This document shows positions 42,594 through 42,683 of a stretch of 42,683 nucleotides of DNA, piece after piece (the stretch's first letter is position 1; each line of letters begins with the position of its first letter). This DNA comes from a virus. The stretch is taken from IMG/VR virus record IMGVR_UViG_3300029620_000016, positions 1 to 42,683 of that record, one strand, 5' to 3'. The notes under the pieces were generated by a model that saw only the letters and a program-made list of their open reading frames with translations, did no database searches and was not told the DNA's origin. The position numbers were made by a program, and so were the translations under genes.

Positions 42594-42683
42594 TTTCCAC
42601 TTCCTTTCATTAATATTTTATACTAAAATTTCAATAAATTAAATAGTTTCTTCTTTTTTAGGATTTGATAAAACGTGCATCCA
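42585..42683. repeat. Terminal direct repeat, copy 2. It duplicates the 5' end of the 41511-42593 gene, the intergenic region and the 3' end of the 55-351 gene.
   Basis: Identical to bases 1-99. Confidence 0.95.

Noticed and set aside
1-42683. Alternative genetic code (TGA = Trp, Mollicutes-like), considered because of the low GC content and the missing endolysin.
   Set aside because: Standard-code ORFs tile the genome without gaps. Trp is encoded by TGG wherever checked. TGA terminates ORFs at sensible places, for example 29681-29683 just before a terminator and the ATGA overlaps at 10431 and 22323.

Overview
This window is a complete, strongly AT-rich genome of a temperate siphovirus-type phage. 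Bases 1-99 are identical to 42585-42683, so the contig closes on itself and the unique length is 42584 bp. GGAGG-type Shine-Dalgarno sites, an XhlA/holin lysis pair and an SPP1-like head module point to a low-GC Gram-positive host. TGA is used as a stop codon, so this is the standard code.

Almost all genes lie on the minus strand, in two long blocks:
- The early block runs 22487 down to 10258. It encodes a 54-aa ORF, a Cro-like HTH, an Xis-like HTH, a mini ThyX-like protein, an SNF2 ATPase, a VRR-NUC nuclease, a Cas4-like nuclease fused to an AAA ATPase, a possible SSB, a ParB-domain DNA methyltransferase, a family-B DNA polymerase and a prim-pol/P4-type helicase.
- The late block runs 9915 down to 55 and continues across the circle junction from 42593 down to 29940. 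It encodes a sigma-region-4-like activator, a ParB-DUF4417 protein, two ADP-ribosyltransferase-like proteins, TerS, TerL, portal, a MuF-like protein, a block of five adhesin-like genes, scaffold, capsid, connectors, tail, tape measure, Dit, Tal, XhlA and holin.

The plus strand carries a cI-like repressor, a tyrosine integrase and one self-contained island.

Main candidates for something new:
1. The island at 24929-29730 has its own consensus promoter and terminator. It couples a minimal SNF2 ATPase to a PP-loop PAPS-reductase/DndC/IbrA-like enzyme and a ParB/Srx (IbrB/DndB-like) protein. I predict a DNA-modification or defence module of unknown chemistry.
2. Two roughly 225-bp cassettes built from GGTAAGNGTT decamers around a 103-bp AT-rich core lie in inverted orientation. 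They are colinear segment for segment and bracket the whole early region, one facing the late-activator gene and one facing int.
3. Two tandem ADP-ribosyltransferase-like genes share an MAKSSRGG leader, and each is followed by a Lys/Arg-rich mini-ORF.

No tRNA, rRNA, CRISPR array, transposase or recognisable endolysin was seen.
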